DNA of 63,555 bases, the filler included, from Phoronis australis (lineage: Eukaryota > Animalia > Phoronida), in assembly GCA_002633005.1 (NCBI GenBank). It is 7 parts of 7 records of this genome, joined end to end, with 100 filler letters (N's around TTAATTAATTAA, not from the genome) between each part and the next. Parts side by side here need not be neighbours in the genome. Positions count along the whole stretch, not along the records: positions 1 to 8,719 come from NMRA01000275.1; positions 8,820 to 12,395 come from NMRA01000724.1; 5 more parts are not named here. One strand, given 5' to 3'. The notes beneath the pieces are model-generated. The model ran no database searches. It was given only the letters and a program-made list of their open reading frames with translations, and was not told where the DNA came from. Position 1 is the first letter of the stretch. Each line of letters opens with the position of its first letter. This document shows, one piece after another, positions 1-11,557 of the stretch. A program made the translations under genes and the position numbers.

Positions 1-400
1 AAAAAAAACAAGTGAACAATATTTTGATGACCAAGGCGTGGGCCGAAACTGTTAAGCACCCAGCGTGTTCCATTTGTCTGCTGCGTTTTTCCTTTGGCCT
101 AACAGATGTCGGTTAGTGCCTGGGACAAATAGATACATTGCAAAAACAATCCCTGGGTTGCTTTTTGTTCCGTCTGAAGAAAATTTAATTTCGAAAATAT
201 CTTCTGAAAATGAACAAAAAAGTGCATTAGTAAAATCAACAAGTTTTTAAGTGGTCTCAAAAAAACAGTCGGTAAATGCATTTTTTTTAGTCTCAGTTCT
301 TCCACGCGTGTTTCTCCCGAGAGGTTAGTACCTAACGTGCAGACGAGCGTTCCAAATTGGAACGCTAAGTCCCGCGTGGCAGCGCTGCACGCGAAACAAG

Positions 401-434
401 ATGGCGGACGACCTTTGGAGACTGACGACGAGAG
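401..434 (+). CDS. Possible first coding exon (MADDLWRLTTR-G); may belong to the CUB-CUB-LDLa gene
   Basis: CAAGATGGCGG start context in a CpG-rich patch. Donor AG|GTAATC at 435 is phase 1 and would join in frame to the exon at 16011 (G+GC, then MSTLMV...). The link spans 15.6 kb and two artificial gaps, so it is speculative. Confidence 0.25.
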
Positions 435-763
435 GTAATCGGACTATAATTCGGTGAGTACAACAGCAAGTCGGTTTTATGCTTAGGCGAACGAACATTG
501 GGTTCCCAGTATATATTATGATCCGAAGCTGAGGACGCCTGTGTGCGGGATGAAATGCGCACAGAAAGTAATGGGAAGTATTGTAGCTCCTAAAAGGCCA
601 ACCGAGGGACACCCCTGTATGCCTGGGCTGAAGCACCCAGGCTGCCATTCCAGGGCAATGTATCTATACACAAGCTCGAATCAATGTGAACATTGAGTTA
701 TGAACAAGGCAGGGCCGACTTTTTAGGATCAATGTTAATGAGTTGGGCCGTTGGCGTTAGCTC

Positions 764-926
764 CAGGGGTGTATCCAGGATTTTCAGTAAGGGGAACAGG
801 GCAAATTATTAGCCAGGCTTTTGCCCGTCAGACATTCGCACCCCCGAACTGCCACATGGAATCTGGGAGAATTTTATGCCATTAATGGCCACCTCCCCCT
901 CCCCCCTCCCTCTAAATCCGCCAGTG
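764..926. mobile_element. hAT-like MITE with 5-bp TSD
   Basis: Ends CAGGGGTGTATCC...AAATCCGCCAGTG; flanked by AGCTC at 759-763 and 927-931. Confidence 0.75.
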
Positions 927-1718
927 AGCTCGGCTGGCTTTTCCCAGTTTTTTGCAATTAAGTCAAAAAAGCTACCAAATCAAATCACAGACCTACACGT
1001 ACCAACCTTACAAATGTCGTTGTCTCGTCTGCTCTAACCTGGTTCCCGGCATTTTCACGAAAGACGTCGCTCTAGTCGGTTGGCAGTCCGTATCCATAGT
1101 CTATGGTTTTTAAGATCAGAGACCGTAGCGTCTTTGAATAGATACTTATGTGACGGGAGCGCCGTCTATTGATGGACTCGTGAGTAAAGACGAGTCGTCA
1201 GTTAAGACCAGAAGCTAGAGTGGGTTGATAACTATACGCTAAATCACAATCAAGGTCCATATTCCAGAGTTGACAGTGTTACGCTCTAAAATAATTTTTT
1301 GGTCACTTACCAAATGCCAACTGAATCTCATATGCAAAGAGTTATTTAGTTGTGCAAATTAAATAAAGAATCATCAAAATCGGCCATTGTTTGAGAAATT
1401 TATGCATGCTTAGATATGACTGGGAATAACTTGAGTCACTTTCAGAATCACTTAAATGAAGTTGTGGCTGATCATTGAGAAATGGTTGTGTTCATCATAA
1501 AACAGGCACTCGTTACGAAATTTGTAAATTCTGTGTTTCTAACCCTCACCTACTGTAAAGAAGGTTTAAAACTAAAGTTCACACTCTGTAATAAAAAGAA
1601 CTGAAGAATATGTTAGCCTAGGCAACACAGCAAATTATTCAATATCTAAACAAACCAAAAGTTTGGATATGGACTGGGTTCTGCTATGTGGAAAATGGGC
1701 CAAAAAAGCTAAACAAAT

Positions 1719-2630
1719 GTAGTGTACGTATCCCCATGTGGAATTCAGTAACACAAATGGTCATTGCAAATGAAATTGTTACCTTTTAAATAACAACATG
1801 GTGCTTATTATCATCAAAGAAAAATAAATGTCCATACAACATTATGTTACCACGTGATGCAGAAACAGTGATGTAGTGTACGTACCCCCATGTTTACAAA
1901 TGCAATGANCCCCCGTGGTGTACGTACTCCCATGTTTACAAATGCAATGAAATTAAAATATCAGCTGGTAAGTGAGCAACATTGGTCATAGACAGTTTTC
2001 TTTCTTAAAATTGTTAGGTTAAAAGGATGTTTATTGCAAATACATTTGTTTTGAGTGAAATATTAGCATTCGTGTAGTGTACGTATCCCTATATTTTAAT
2101 TTGTGCCTATTTTAAAAGTATGACAGATATGCACATGAATGCTGTGCTTTTTATTTTTTTCTCTTTCTACTGATTTAGTAAATCAACTAACTCTCAGTAC
2201 ATTCTTGGTATTTAGTTACAAACCTGACACGTCATTAAAATGTAGTGTACGTACCCCTGTTTAGTGTACGTACCCCGATGTGAACAAATACTATGAAACA
2301 AAAATATTACACGGTAAGTAAGCAATATTTGTCACAGACAGTTCCCTCCATTAAAAATGCTAGCTTAAAACGATGTTAATTACAAATACATTTGTTTTAA
2401 GTGAAGTATTAGAATTTGTGTAGTGTACGTAACCCTATATTTTAACATGTGCCTGTTTTCAAAGAATGACAGACAGATATGCACATGTATGCTGTACCTT
2501 TTATTTGTTCTCTTTGAGTAGATTTGGTATATGAACTAACTTTCAGTAGATTCTAAGTATTTTTTATAAACCTAGACCTGACAAGTCATTAAAATGTAGT
2601 GTAATACCCCTGTGTAGTGTACGTACTTTC
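1719..2630 (+). repeat. Tandem array (~350-bp units) carrying the GTAGTGTACGTACCCC motif
   Basis: Motif copies at about 1719, 1873, 1915, 2074, 2242, 2261, 2420, 2596 and 2614. Units ~1965-2290 and ~2311-2630 align by eye. Further motif copies at 7055 and 7417. Confidence 0.9.
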
Positions 2631-2674
2631 AACCTCTGTGCCATAAAGTATTGCTCACAAGTATTTTTAAATAC

Positions 2675-5600
2675 AAACAATTACAAAAACACACAAACAA
2701 ATAACTTATTAAGTACACCATTCATTCACGCATGCGCACCTCAGGAAGACCATTCTCATATCTCGCTTAAAGTAAATATCTTCTACATGTAGTTAACATG
2801 AACAATAAAATTTTCCCATTTCGCAGAGAAGCTGTCATATACAACGTTTTTATGTGCATTTAATTTTTCAGCATTATAGTATTCATAAGTTTTTGTAACG
2901 AACTTGAGAAAATTAGGTATGTTTTTGTGACTTCTCTCCTTGTAAATGTACTGTTTAACTAGTAGAAGCAAAATGTTAAATAGAAAATCACGCGTCTTGT
3001 AAAGTCCAAGAATAACACTATCGTAAGACAGACAGTTGGGAAGCTGAATGCCACACTTTTGAAGTAGCTTTCCGAATTCCTTCCAGAAATCTTGTACAAA
3101 GCTACATTCCCAAAAAAGGTGTGACAGCGTCTCTGGAGCTTTATTACAAAAGTAACATAGATCAGAATCCTTAACACATATTTTGACTAAAAAGGTATTT
3201 GTTGCAATAATCCTATGTAGTATTCTAAATTGGAACCATCTAATATGGGGATCCTTTGTAATTTTGTAAGGTAAAGCATATATTTTCTTCCAATCTAAAC
3301 TATCTCCTAGCTCTATTTCCCATTTACACTCTGACTTAGGTTTCTTAACGTCATTAAAGACTGAACAAAAATGTCTACAACCCGTCAAATCTTTCCGTAA
3401 GTGAGTAATTGCCAAAGGCATGCAAGGAGAGTAGACATTAACCCTTTTAAATTTACTTTAAAATAGACTTTTTTGAAACCTTCTTAGAATAGAAACAATA
3501 CCATTATATTCTACAAAGTTGGTTTTCACATCGAACCTATTTTTCATATTGTTTAGACTAACAAAATCACCATCAGAGGTATACATATCTCTAATAAATC
3601 TTAAGCCTTTTACAAACCAAGGCTTATAAAAATACCTGTGCCTCCGATCGCCAAGTTACTATTAAACCACAAAGGTTGATTCAAAAAGTCCTCTTTACTC
3701 GCAAAAAATTATTTTCTTGTAGAAAGATAACATACTTCCAAATACGTCGCGGCAATAGGAATTACCAATTAGAGTTAACTTCGACTTAATAAAGTCATAT
3801 CCAAATGAAGCAAAATTCTTTAAGAACGGGTAGAGTGAGTACAGTAATTCACCACTTTTAGACGCAGGGCTTTCAAGATATCTACGGGCCATAGCGAGTT
3901 TTAAAGCTTTGCTGAAAGTATGCATATTAACCAGTTGAATTCCCCCTTGATCAAGTCCTAAACAGGCCGTAGTTCGTTTAATTTTATCATTACGGGCCTG
4001 CCATACAGATCTAAAAAACGTCGTATTCAATTCACCCACGACTTTCACTGGTGGATTTGGTAAACTTGACAACAAAAAATTAAGTTTAGAAATAGCTAAT
4101 GTTTTAATTACCGTTACTCTACCAAACGGCGTTAAATTTCGTCGACTCCAACTTTTTAGTAAAGACTTGATCTCAGTTATTCTTGCAGTGAAGTTCTTAT
4201 GCGTCATACTATATAATATCAATTGAGTGTCAAAATCACCCCACAAAAATCTAAAAAAAATTTTTGTCCAAGACAGACTTTCTTTTGTTGGAATCACGTC
4301 ATCACTACCAGTTTTACATCCAAACGATATGGCTTTTGTTTTATCCACATTCACTTGGAGACCGGAGACACTAGCAAACAAATGTAGTACATTCAGTGTG
4401 GTAGTCAATGACAAATTCGACCCATCCAACGTAATTGATGTGTCGTCCGCATATTGCGAAATCAAATATTCCTTATTCCCAGCAACTACACCAGCAATAT
4501 TTTTTATTATTCTTGATTAAATACGCCAAAATCTCCGCGCACAATTTAAAAATGTAGGGAGAAAAAGGGTCACCTTGTCTGCAGCCACGCGAAATATTGA
4601 ACCAAGAAGATGGGTGACCATTTACGACAACACAGGACTTAGTATTACTGTAAAAGACTTTCACCCACCTTCTGATCGACCAACCAAAATTAAGGAAAGA
4701 TAAAGTTTTTTGAATAAAATTCCACGACAATGAATCAAGTGATTTCTCAAAGTCAATCAATAAAAGCAATCGAGGTTAGTTAGTTGCCTGGGCATAAAAC
4801 ATTAAATCATATAGCACTCGGATATTTTCGTTCATATTTCTTCCAGAAACGAAACCTGTCTGGTCCTTACTGATTACTTTTCCCAAAACGGATTTTAACC
4901 TTTCAGGTACTGCCGAAGAAGCCAATTTATATGTCACATTGAGTAAGGATATGGGTTTCCAGTTTTTCAAATAATGTTTACTTTTATCTGCTCCCTTAGT
5001 AATGCAGGTGATCACTCCCTCTTTCTGTGTTGAGGATAACTGGCCAACAGCAAAACCTGTATTAAGTGAGCGAACAACGAAATGTCCAATGTCAGCCCAA
5101 AAAAAATTCAAAAATTCCACTGAAAAACCATCAGAGCCTGGGCTTTTGTTTTTTTTTTTCATTTTTATCAAGCATTGTGTGACTTCTTCATATGTAAGAA
5201 GACCTTCTAATTTTTCTTTTTCTGTCTCATTCAGCTTGGAGATACAAACATTATCAAGAAGAATTTTTAAAGAAGTATTGTTAGACTGCCTATATTTGTA
5301 TAGATTTTCATAAAAAGTTTTGGTTTCCTGAATGACCTTTTCTTCACTATTGGTTTTAATATTGTCAAATTTCCACAAAAAAGGCATAAACTTACTTGTG
5401 TAATGCCTATTTTCCAAGTGAAGAAAATATTTGGAAGGCTTTTCACCTTCTTCAATCCATCTTGCTCTCGACCTAGTCATAAGACCTCTTAACTTATTTT
5501 GCCTTAGCTCGGCAAGTAAATTATTTTTTTGTTCCAATAGTTCCCTGTCAAGGCTTAGACTTTTTTCCAACAAGCTTATTTCTTTGATAAGTCGCTGTTC

Positions 5601-6757
5601 AACTCTATCACTTTTTCTTTTTAAGTAAGTAGCAAAGGAAATTGTTTTGCCGCGAATCTCCATCAACAACGTTTCAAGAAAAAGTTGATCATTTATAGAC
5701 AATTGTAAATCTGAATTACTTGTACTATCAACTGTCTGAATGTCGTCAGTCATATACTGTTGTTTAATTAATTTAATAGTATTCTTGACTGCAGCAATAT
5801 ACTCAGAGTTTTTTAGGAGAGAATTATTAAACTTCCAAAATGATTTTCTCATCCTGGAAACATGACTTTAAAAAAAAACCATTACCATTGAATGATCGGA
5901 CCGGTAACCGAATTCTATTATGGAGTCGTCAATATCAGCTAAAAGGTTTTCAGAAATTAGAAAAAAATCTAGTCTGGATCGTTTACTTCCAGCTCTCCAA
6001 GTACATTCTTTACTACTGGGGTTTAGTTCCCGCCACACATCAACAATAGACAATTCTGTACAAATCTTCATCAACTTAATCCGTGACTTCGGGTTATTAA
6101 CCTGTCGATAATTAAGCGTGTCCTTAGACTGATCGAGAGCAAGATTAAAATCGCCTGCCCAAATAACAGAGTAATTTCCTATATCTTGAATATCTTGTTT
6201 TATTCTTTCAAAAAATGACGGCGCGTCCCTGTTTGGACAATACGTATTAATTAACGTAATTCTTGTCTCATTAATAGTAATATCCAAAATTAATTTATTA
6301 CCATTGTAGTCTTCCCTAATGTTATGTAATTTATACTCAAAAGTGTTCTTAAAGAGGATCGCCACTCCACGGGAGTTTGAGATATTTGAATTGAAAAAAC
6401 ATTCATATCCCCACATTGATCTACTATTGTTTTCTTCTCTCTTAGTAAAGTGTGTGTCTTGTAGGCAATAGATGGAGTATTGTTTTTCTCCTAAATAATT
6501 GAGTACATCTTTTCGTTTTTCATGGAGACCCAGCCCTCTGCAGTTCAATGACGTTACTTTAAGTTCACCTGTCATCATTACAACGGTTATGCACATATAT
6601 CAAATGACAATCAAATAATAATGGTACAATCCTGACCCATTCACATCACATACACACAAAACAAAACAAAAACAATACAAACACATCCACGAGCACATCA
6701 TAGATTTCACAGAGTAAAACATCGATGTGAAAAATAATAATAATAAATACATTAAAT
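2675..6757 (-). mobile_element. Tx1/L1-clade non-LTR retrotransposon, ORF2 nearly complete but frameshifted, ORF1 absent
   Basis: APE endonuclease at 5868-6596 (SLNCRGL, CLQDTH, WAGDFN, SRLDFF, SDH). RT at 3695-5852 (KSPGSDG, WKPISLLN, DFEKSLD, RQGDPFSP, QYADD). C-terminal zf-RVT-like region at 2783-3421 (CYFCNKAPETLSHLFWEC). TTTTTAAATAC is repeated at 2664-2674 and 6758-6768 (candidate TSD, resembling a TTTT/AA nick site). Confidence 0.95.
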
Positions 6758-8174
6758 TTTTTAAATACTGCTATTCTCATGAACAATACTGATGTTTTCA
6801 AAATGCATCCAATCTGACAAATATAAAACAATGAAAAACAATGGCCATTATCAAATTTGTGGGCAATAAAATGTAGCACAGGACTTGGCTAGTAACATCC
6901 TGGAAGACACGTTATATGACAACTGATGTTGCAGAGTCAGGTTCTCTGCTTCTCAAGACAACTTGCAACAAAACATCTAGTAGAGGCAGCACAAAACTCG
7001 AGATCATCCCATACACTTGTAACTTAGTCAAAATTTGACATTGATTGACTGTGCGTAGTGTACGTACCCCCCAACCAGTACCATTTTTTATTGTTTAGAA
7101 GTTGAGTACTGGGCCTAGCATTGCTTTAACTATTTTGACCAACTGGTGAATGTGTTGAAACTAGGCAAAAAGCACCAATAAAGTTTTTGAAAAGAGTAGA
7201 TACTAATTTTGTAAGGATAATATTGCAAGAGAAGAAGTTCTCACTATACTGTGTTAAGATAAGCAATGTAGTGATCGTGTAGAGGAACTTTATCAGCACG
7301 GTAATAATTTTTTTTACTTCAGTATGTGATACTTCTTCAATTTGATCAAAAACCTATTAAATTAACAGCTACCTTATGAATTTTTGCATGATAGAAGCGG
7401 GCTGTGACCGCAAGTTGTAGTGTACGTACCCTTACATACAACTGTGATGCATTAGGCCATAAAATTTTATTTGGTGGTTCTTGTGCAAAAATATTTTAAG
7501 ATTATAAACCTGGAATGATGGTACTTTATAATAACTTAGCTTTTACAGTTATGTTACAACCTTCATTTTTCACCAAAAGTGGCTACCGAATATGGACCTT
7601 AATTGTGATTTGCCCGTATATTTTAGAGGGGTTTAAGATGGTCAATTCCTTATTTGGCACTTCCGATGACGAAATTTTCACTTTGAATTTTGATTGGTTT
7701 TTACGTTTAACTTGAGTGCCCTAATTTAGCGCAACTTGAAACATTCGCAGTGCGAACACGCCTTTAAAAATGGGCACCTCACGCTCAAACTTCGGATTCT
7801 ACCGGGTCTCGTTTCTATCTGGTAAAAATCTCAACTTTTTAACTCTATTGGGTTAGAGTCTCAACTTCTCGACTTTTAGCTTTTACTTTAATTTACAAAC
7901 TTTTCATTACTCAACTTTGGGAACTGACTTAGGCGATTTGGGAGCCGTTCCAAACCTAGTGAGGGTACAATGACGACGGAAGCTAATGATGTGTTGTAAG
8001 TTTGTACAGCTTTGTATTTTACATTTAGCGTATAATAAACTCAGTATGTTTATCAACTTCTCTCTTGTTTCTCTCTCTATGAGTTGTCACCATGATTCTC
8101 TCGTATGCGATTCGAACGCCAGTGAAAAAGTACACTATGCTGCAAATATTTTTATCAGCTACAAACACTCGACA

Positions 8175-8712
8175 ATTTCACTGGTCTCCACTAGCCTCCA
8201 CTGGCGTCTACTTGCCTCCACTGGTCTCCATTGGCCTCCACTCGCTTCTACTGGCATCCAGAGGCCTCCCGTCGCCTCTGAGTGACCTAGAGTATCCTCC
8301 GCTAGTCTCTACTGACCTCATCTGGCCTCCAGTGGCCTCCAGTGGCCTCTACTGGCCTCCACTGGCATCCAGTGGCTTCCAGTAGCCCCCACTGAGCTTC
8401 CGTGGTGTCCACTGTCCTCCAATGGCCTCCAATGGCCTTCACTCGCTTCTACTGCCCTCCACTGGCCTCCAGTGTCCTCCGCTGGCCTCCGCTGGCGTCC
8501 ACTGGGCCCCAGTGCGCTCCACGTACCCCCACTGGACTTCACTGGCCTCCTCTGGCTTCCACTGGCCTCCGCCGGCCTCCGACGGCCTCCGCCGGGCTCC
8601 GCTGGCCTCCGCTGGCCTCTGCTGGCCTCCACTGGCGTCTGCTGGCCTCCGCTGGCTTCCGCTGGCCTCCGCTGGCTTTCACTGGCCTCCTCTGGCCTCC
8701 AATGGCCTCCGA
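8175..8712. repeat. 10-bp minisatellite (CTGGCCTCCR)n
   Basis: Dozens of degenerate CTGGCCTCCG/A units running into the gap. Confidence 0.95.
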
Positions 8713-9097
8713 TGATCTCNNNNNNNNNNNNNNNNNNNNNNNNNNNNNNNNNNNNNNNNNNNNTTAATTAATTAANNNNNNNNNNNNNNNNNNNNNNNNN
8801 NNNNNNNNNNNNNNNNNNNAGTGTTGCCACGGCTGAATGAAGTTTATGAACAAGTGGGCAGTGAGTGTATTTCTGTTAAACAACTGTGCTTTTGATCCGG
8901 CGTTTTGAGATAGGGTGGAGAAACTAGTGAGTTTTCCATCTCCTAAATACAGCAAGTATGCTGGTATCGTTTTAGAAAATGTGGCTGTGTCAGTTGACTC
9001 ACTGGTTTGTGGGCTAATTTGGAGGACCTGTGGGCCTGTCGGTGTTTTCTGTCCTGTGATTCCAATTTTGTAGGTGGCAAATGTTAATGTGTGTGAT

Positions 9098-9751
9098 TTT
9101 ATTATGCGCCCACATATGTGGACGCATTATGCCGACATCTCCGTCCGTCCATACGGGCGGCGTCCGTCCGGCGTCCGGCATCCGCTGCTCTATCTCCAAA
9201 ACCCTTTGACATATGTTCATGAAATTTGGCACATATGTTCCATTCATGAATGGGACGGCATGTGCGAACTTTTGGATGGATCCAACTACCGGTGTGCTCC
9301 TTTAGTGGCAATTTTAGTTTTTTACGCTTACCTTTGTATCTTCAAAAGTCCTGAATGGAATTTCATGAAATTTGGTATGTAGGCACCAATTAGTGAGATG
9401 ACGCTATCCTCTTGTTTTCAGATGGATTCGACATAGTTTGCGCCACCTAGTTGCCATTTTTGTGTTTTCGAGTCTGTTTTTGTGCGTCCACCCCTCTATC
9501 AACCAAACCGCTCAAAGGATGATTGTGAAAATTGGCATGTATATGCTTACTATGTAGAGGACGGTTGATGATGATTTTCCGAGGATTTCGACTACTGTGG
9601 CGAATAGGCCTCCTAAGGAGCACTAGTTCCGATCTCAACACCTACCGTCTTTCTACCTGCCATAAGCACACTGCCGTCTTCTATATCTATACTGAGAATT
9701 TCCGCAGAAATGCCCACCCGATGAAACGCTCACGCCCATGGGCATTTATTT
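9098..9751 (+). mobile_element. Helentron-associated (HINE/DINE-1-like) non-autonomous element
   Basis: Starts TTTTATTATGCGCCCACATATGTGGACGCAT (subterminal inverted repeat), then a GTCC-type microsatellite and TTCATGAAATTTGG blocks. Related to the element at 29592-30812. Confidence 0.6.
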
Positions 9752-10169
9752 GATGTAAGTACTTCGGGTTTCAAGCGTTCTGAGACATTGGGACGTTTAT
9801 TTCAAAAATTGCAAATGGGTCCTGGGATACATCGTCAAGGTTTGAAGTAGTCCGTCATGAATGGATCAAATTTAGTTGCGCATTACAAGTCTTTTGAGTG
9901 GACTTGGCAACCTCAAAGGTTTTAGTGTCAACTGAGCTGCGGAACGAGAGAGGCTTACAAGCGCATTGACACAGCAGTTGACAAAGTGCAAGCGTTGGGA
10001 AAAAACATCTAAGATATCTGGGTAGAATGGTTCCATGACGAGCAAACCATTGGATCCGATATTCAGATTCCTCAGCAGTCTAGGCAACAGAAGGATAGGA
10101 CTAACGTATGAGTAACCACTGGATATTAAAAATTGTCTAGAGAGATTTTCAATTCAAAAATTTTTGCAT

Positions 10170-10470
10170 AGTACACTTTAGGTCTCGCGGCGGACCAGGC
10201 CAGCTTGATTTGTGTAGATGTTGAGTTTCAGTGTACTTCTGGTCCCTCGGCGAACTAGTCTTGTGATTTTTTTACCAAAGTGTACTTTGTAAAACTATTT
10301 ATCTCAGCCAGTACTGTTTGGTCCCGCGACAGATCGACTATTTTTATAGGGATAATAAGCACAGGTGTACTCTTGGTCTCGTGACGGACCAGGTCAGCCT
10401 TTTTGTGTACTCTCAGTGTAAACTTGGTCCTGTATATCTTTTCACCACGATGTACAGGATGTTTTGGTTT
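10170..10470. repeat. Degenerate ~60-bp tandem repeat
   Basis: Recurrent TGTACT..TGGTCCCGCGRCGGACCAGG-like blocks. Confidence 0.55.
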
Positions 10471-11271
10471 CGTGAACTTGTTTTCAGATGACTTGTTTCC
10501 TGAAACATTTGACGTTGTTCAATTTTTGTCAACGTGATTCAGCTTATTAAAGTGATACTTAATTATTTATTGTCGCTTTTAATAATAGACTATGAGCTGA
10601 GAGCACCATCGTTCGCCAGTTTTTCTCGTAACGAGACAGAGCACAATGTCATGTTCATTTCCGGACTAACAGTACAGGTCTTCGTTCTTAAACAACTTGA
10701 GGCTTTTGTTACGCGATCATCTGATATTCAAGTTTTTACGCCCCGTCTGTGCTCCTTATGCTCTTGAATATTTGGAAGTTGTGTAAACCCCTGTATACAC
10801 ACCACACTTTTTCGTATACGACTTTTCGTATGCTAAAAAAGGTGTGTGTAAGCAGGTGTTCCAACAAAAATTTTTGCTGGTAGCGTGACTCATACCCAGA
10901 TGTGCACAATATGGTTTCACGAAACTTATGAGCCAACTTCATGTGACGAAATCGAGAAGGGTTTTTAATTATCTTAAGAAAAACTCCACAGAAATGTTAA
11001 GTGCCAGAAACTTACCAGGATGAATGGAAATTCCACTATTTGGCTACAAAAACAAAAAATGTCTTGCACAAGAGAGGGGAACCCCCCTCCCGACCTCCCC
11101 ACGCTCGGCGCCACGCGCCTAGGATTCGACTTTTGCGGGAATCCTAAACCCCCTTACTGAAAACGTAGATCCGCCACTGTGCAGGTTCTAAGGACAAACG
11201 TTTACGCCGTGTTAGTGAACCTCTCACAAGAGCCTGGCTTGTCACCTAGCGAAAATATCTGCCATTTTGAC

Positions 11272-11557
11272 CATTGACGGATTTAGGGGGGACAAGGGGG
11301 CCATGCCCCCCTTAAATTCTACCAGATACTATTTGGGAGTTCGGGTGCGCGCAAGCAGGGGCTCGTCGAGGGTGAATAAACAACGCATAGGCCCTGAACA
11401 AAGTGAACAAACCCCGTTTACCGTTTTTTTAGCCAACAGGTCGGCATTCGAGGCCTCTGCGTCCCCACAATTTAGCCTGGGCGCGCGCATCTGCCGAAAT
11501 TCTGGCTATTGCCGTGCCCTGGCCCCACCCTAACTCAAAATACTGGATCCGCCCCTG
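11272..11557. mobile_element. hAT-like MITE with 5-bp TSD
   Basis: Ends CATTGACGGATTTAGGGGG...TGGATCCGCCCCTG; flanked by TTGAC at 11267-11271 and 11558-11562. Confidence 0.75.

Larger units (their letters stand above)
1235..7618. mobile_element. Non-autonomous TIR DNA transposon with internal tandem repeats, interrupted by a LINE
   Basis: TACGCTAAATCACAATCAAGGTCCATATTC (1235-1264) is an imperfect inverted repeat of GAATATGGACCTTAATTGTGATTTGCCCGTA (7588-7618). TA lies on both outer sides, and the same internal motif occurs on both sides of the LINE. No transposase seen. Confidence 0.7.

Noticed and set aside
20-56. Hammerhead-like TGATGA..GGC-GTGG-GCC-GAAAC
   Set aside because: The core C is missing, extra bases precede stem II, and stems I and III are unconvincing.
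1719-2630. CRISPR-like repeat-spacer appearance
   Set aside because: Spacers are ~150 bp and partly homologous to each other, the repeat is only 16 nt, there are no cas genes, and the context is eukaryotic.
8092-8771. Overlapping WPPLAS-rich ORFs
   Set aside because: These are translations of a 10-bp minisatellite that is open in several frames on both strands.
8764-8775. TTAATTAATTAA centred in N runs (also at 12440, 24221, 36130, 50114 and 58970)
   Set aside because: An identical stop-in-all-frames linker in fixed-size gaps is an assembly artefact. It also makes cross-gap adjacency uncertain.
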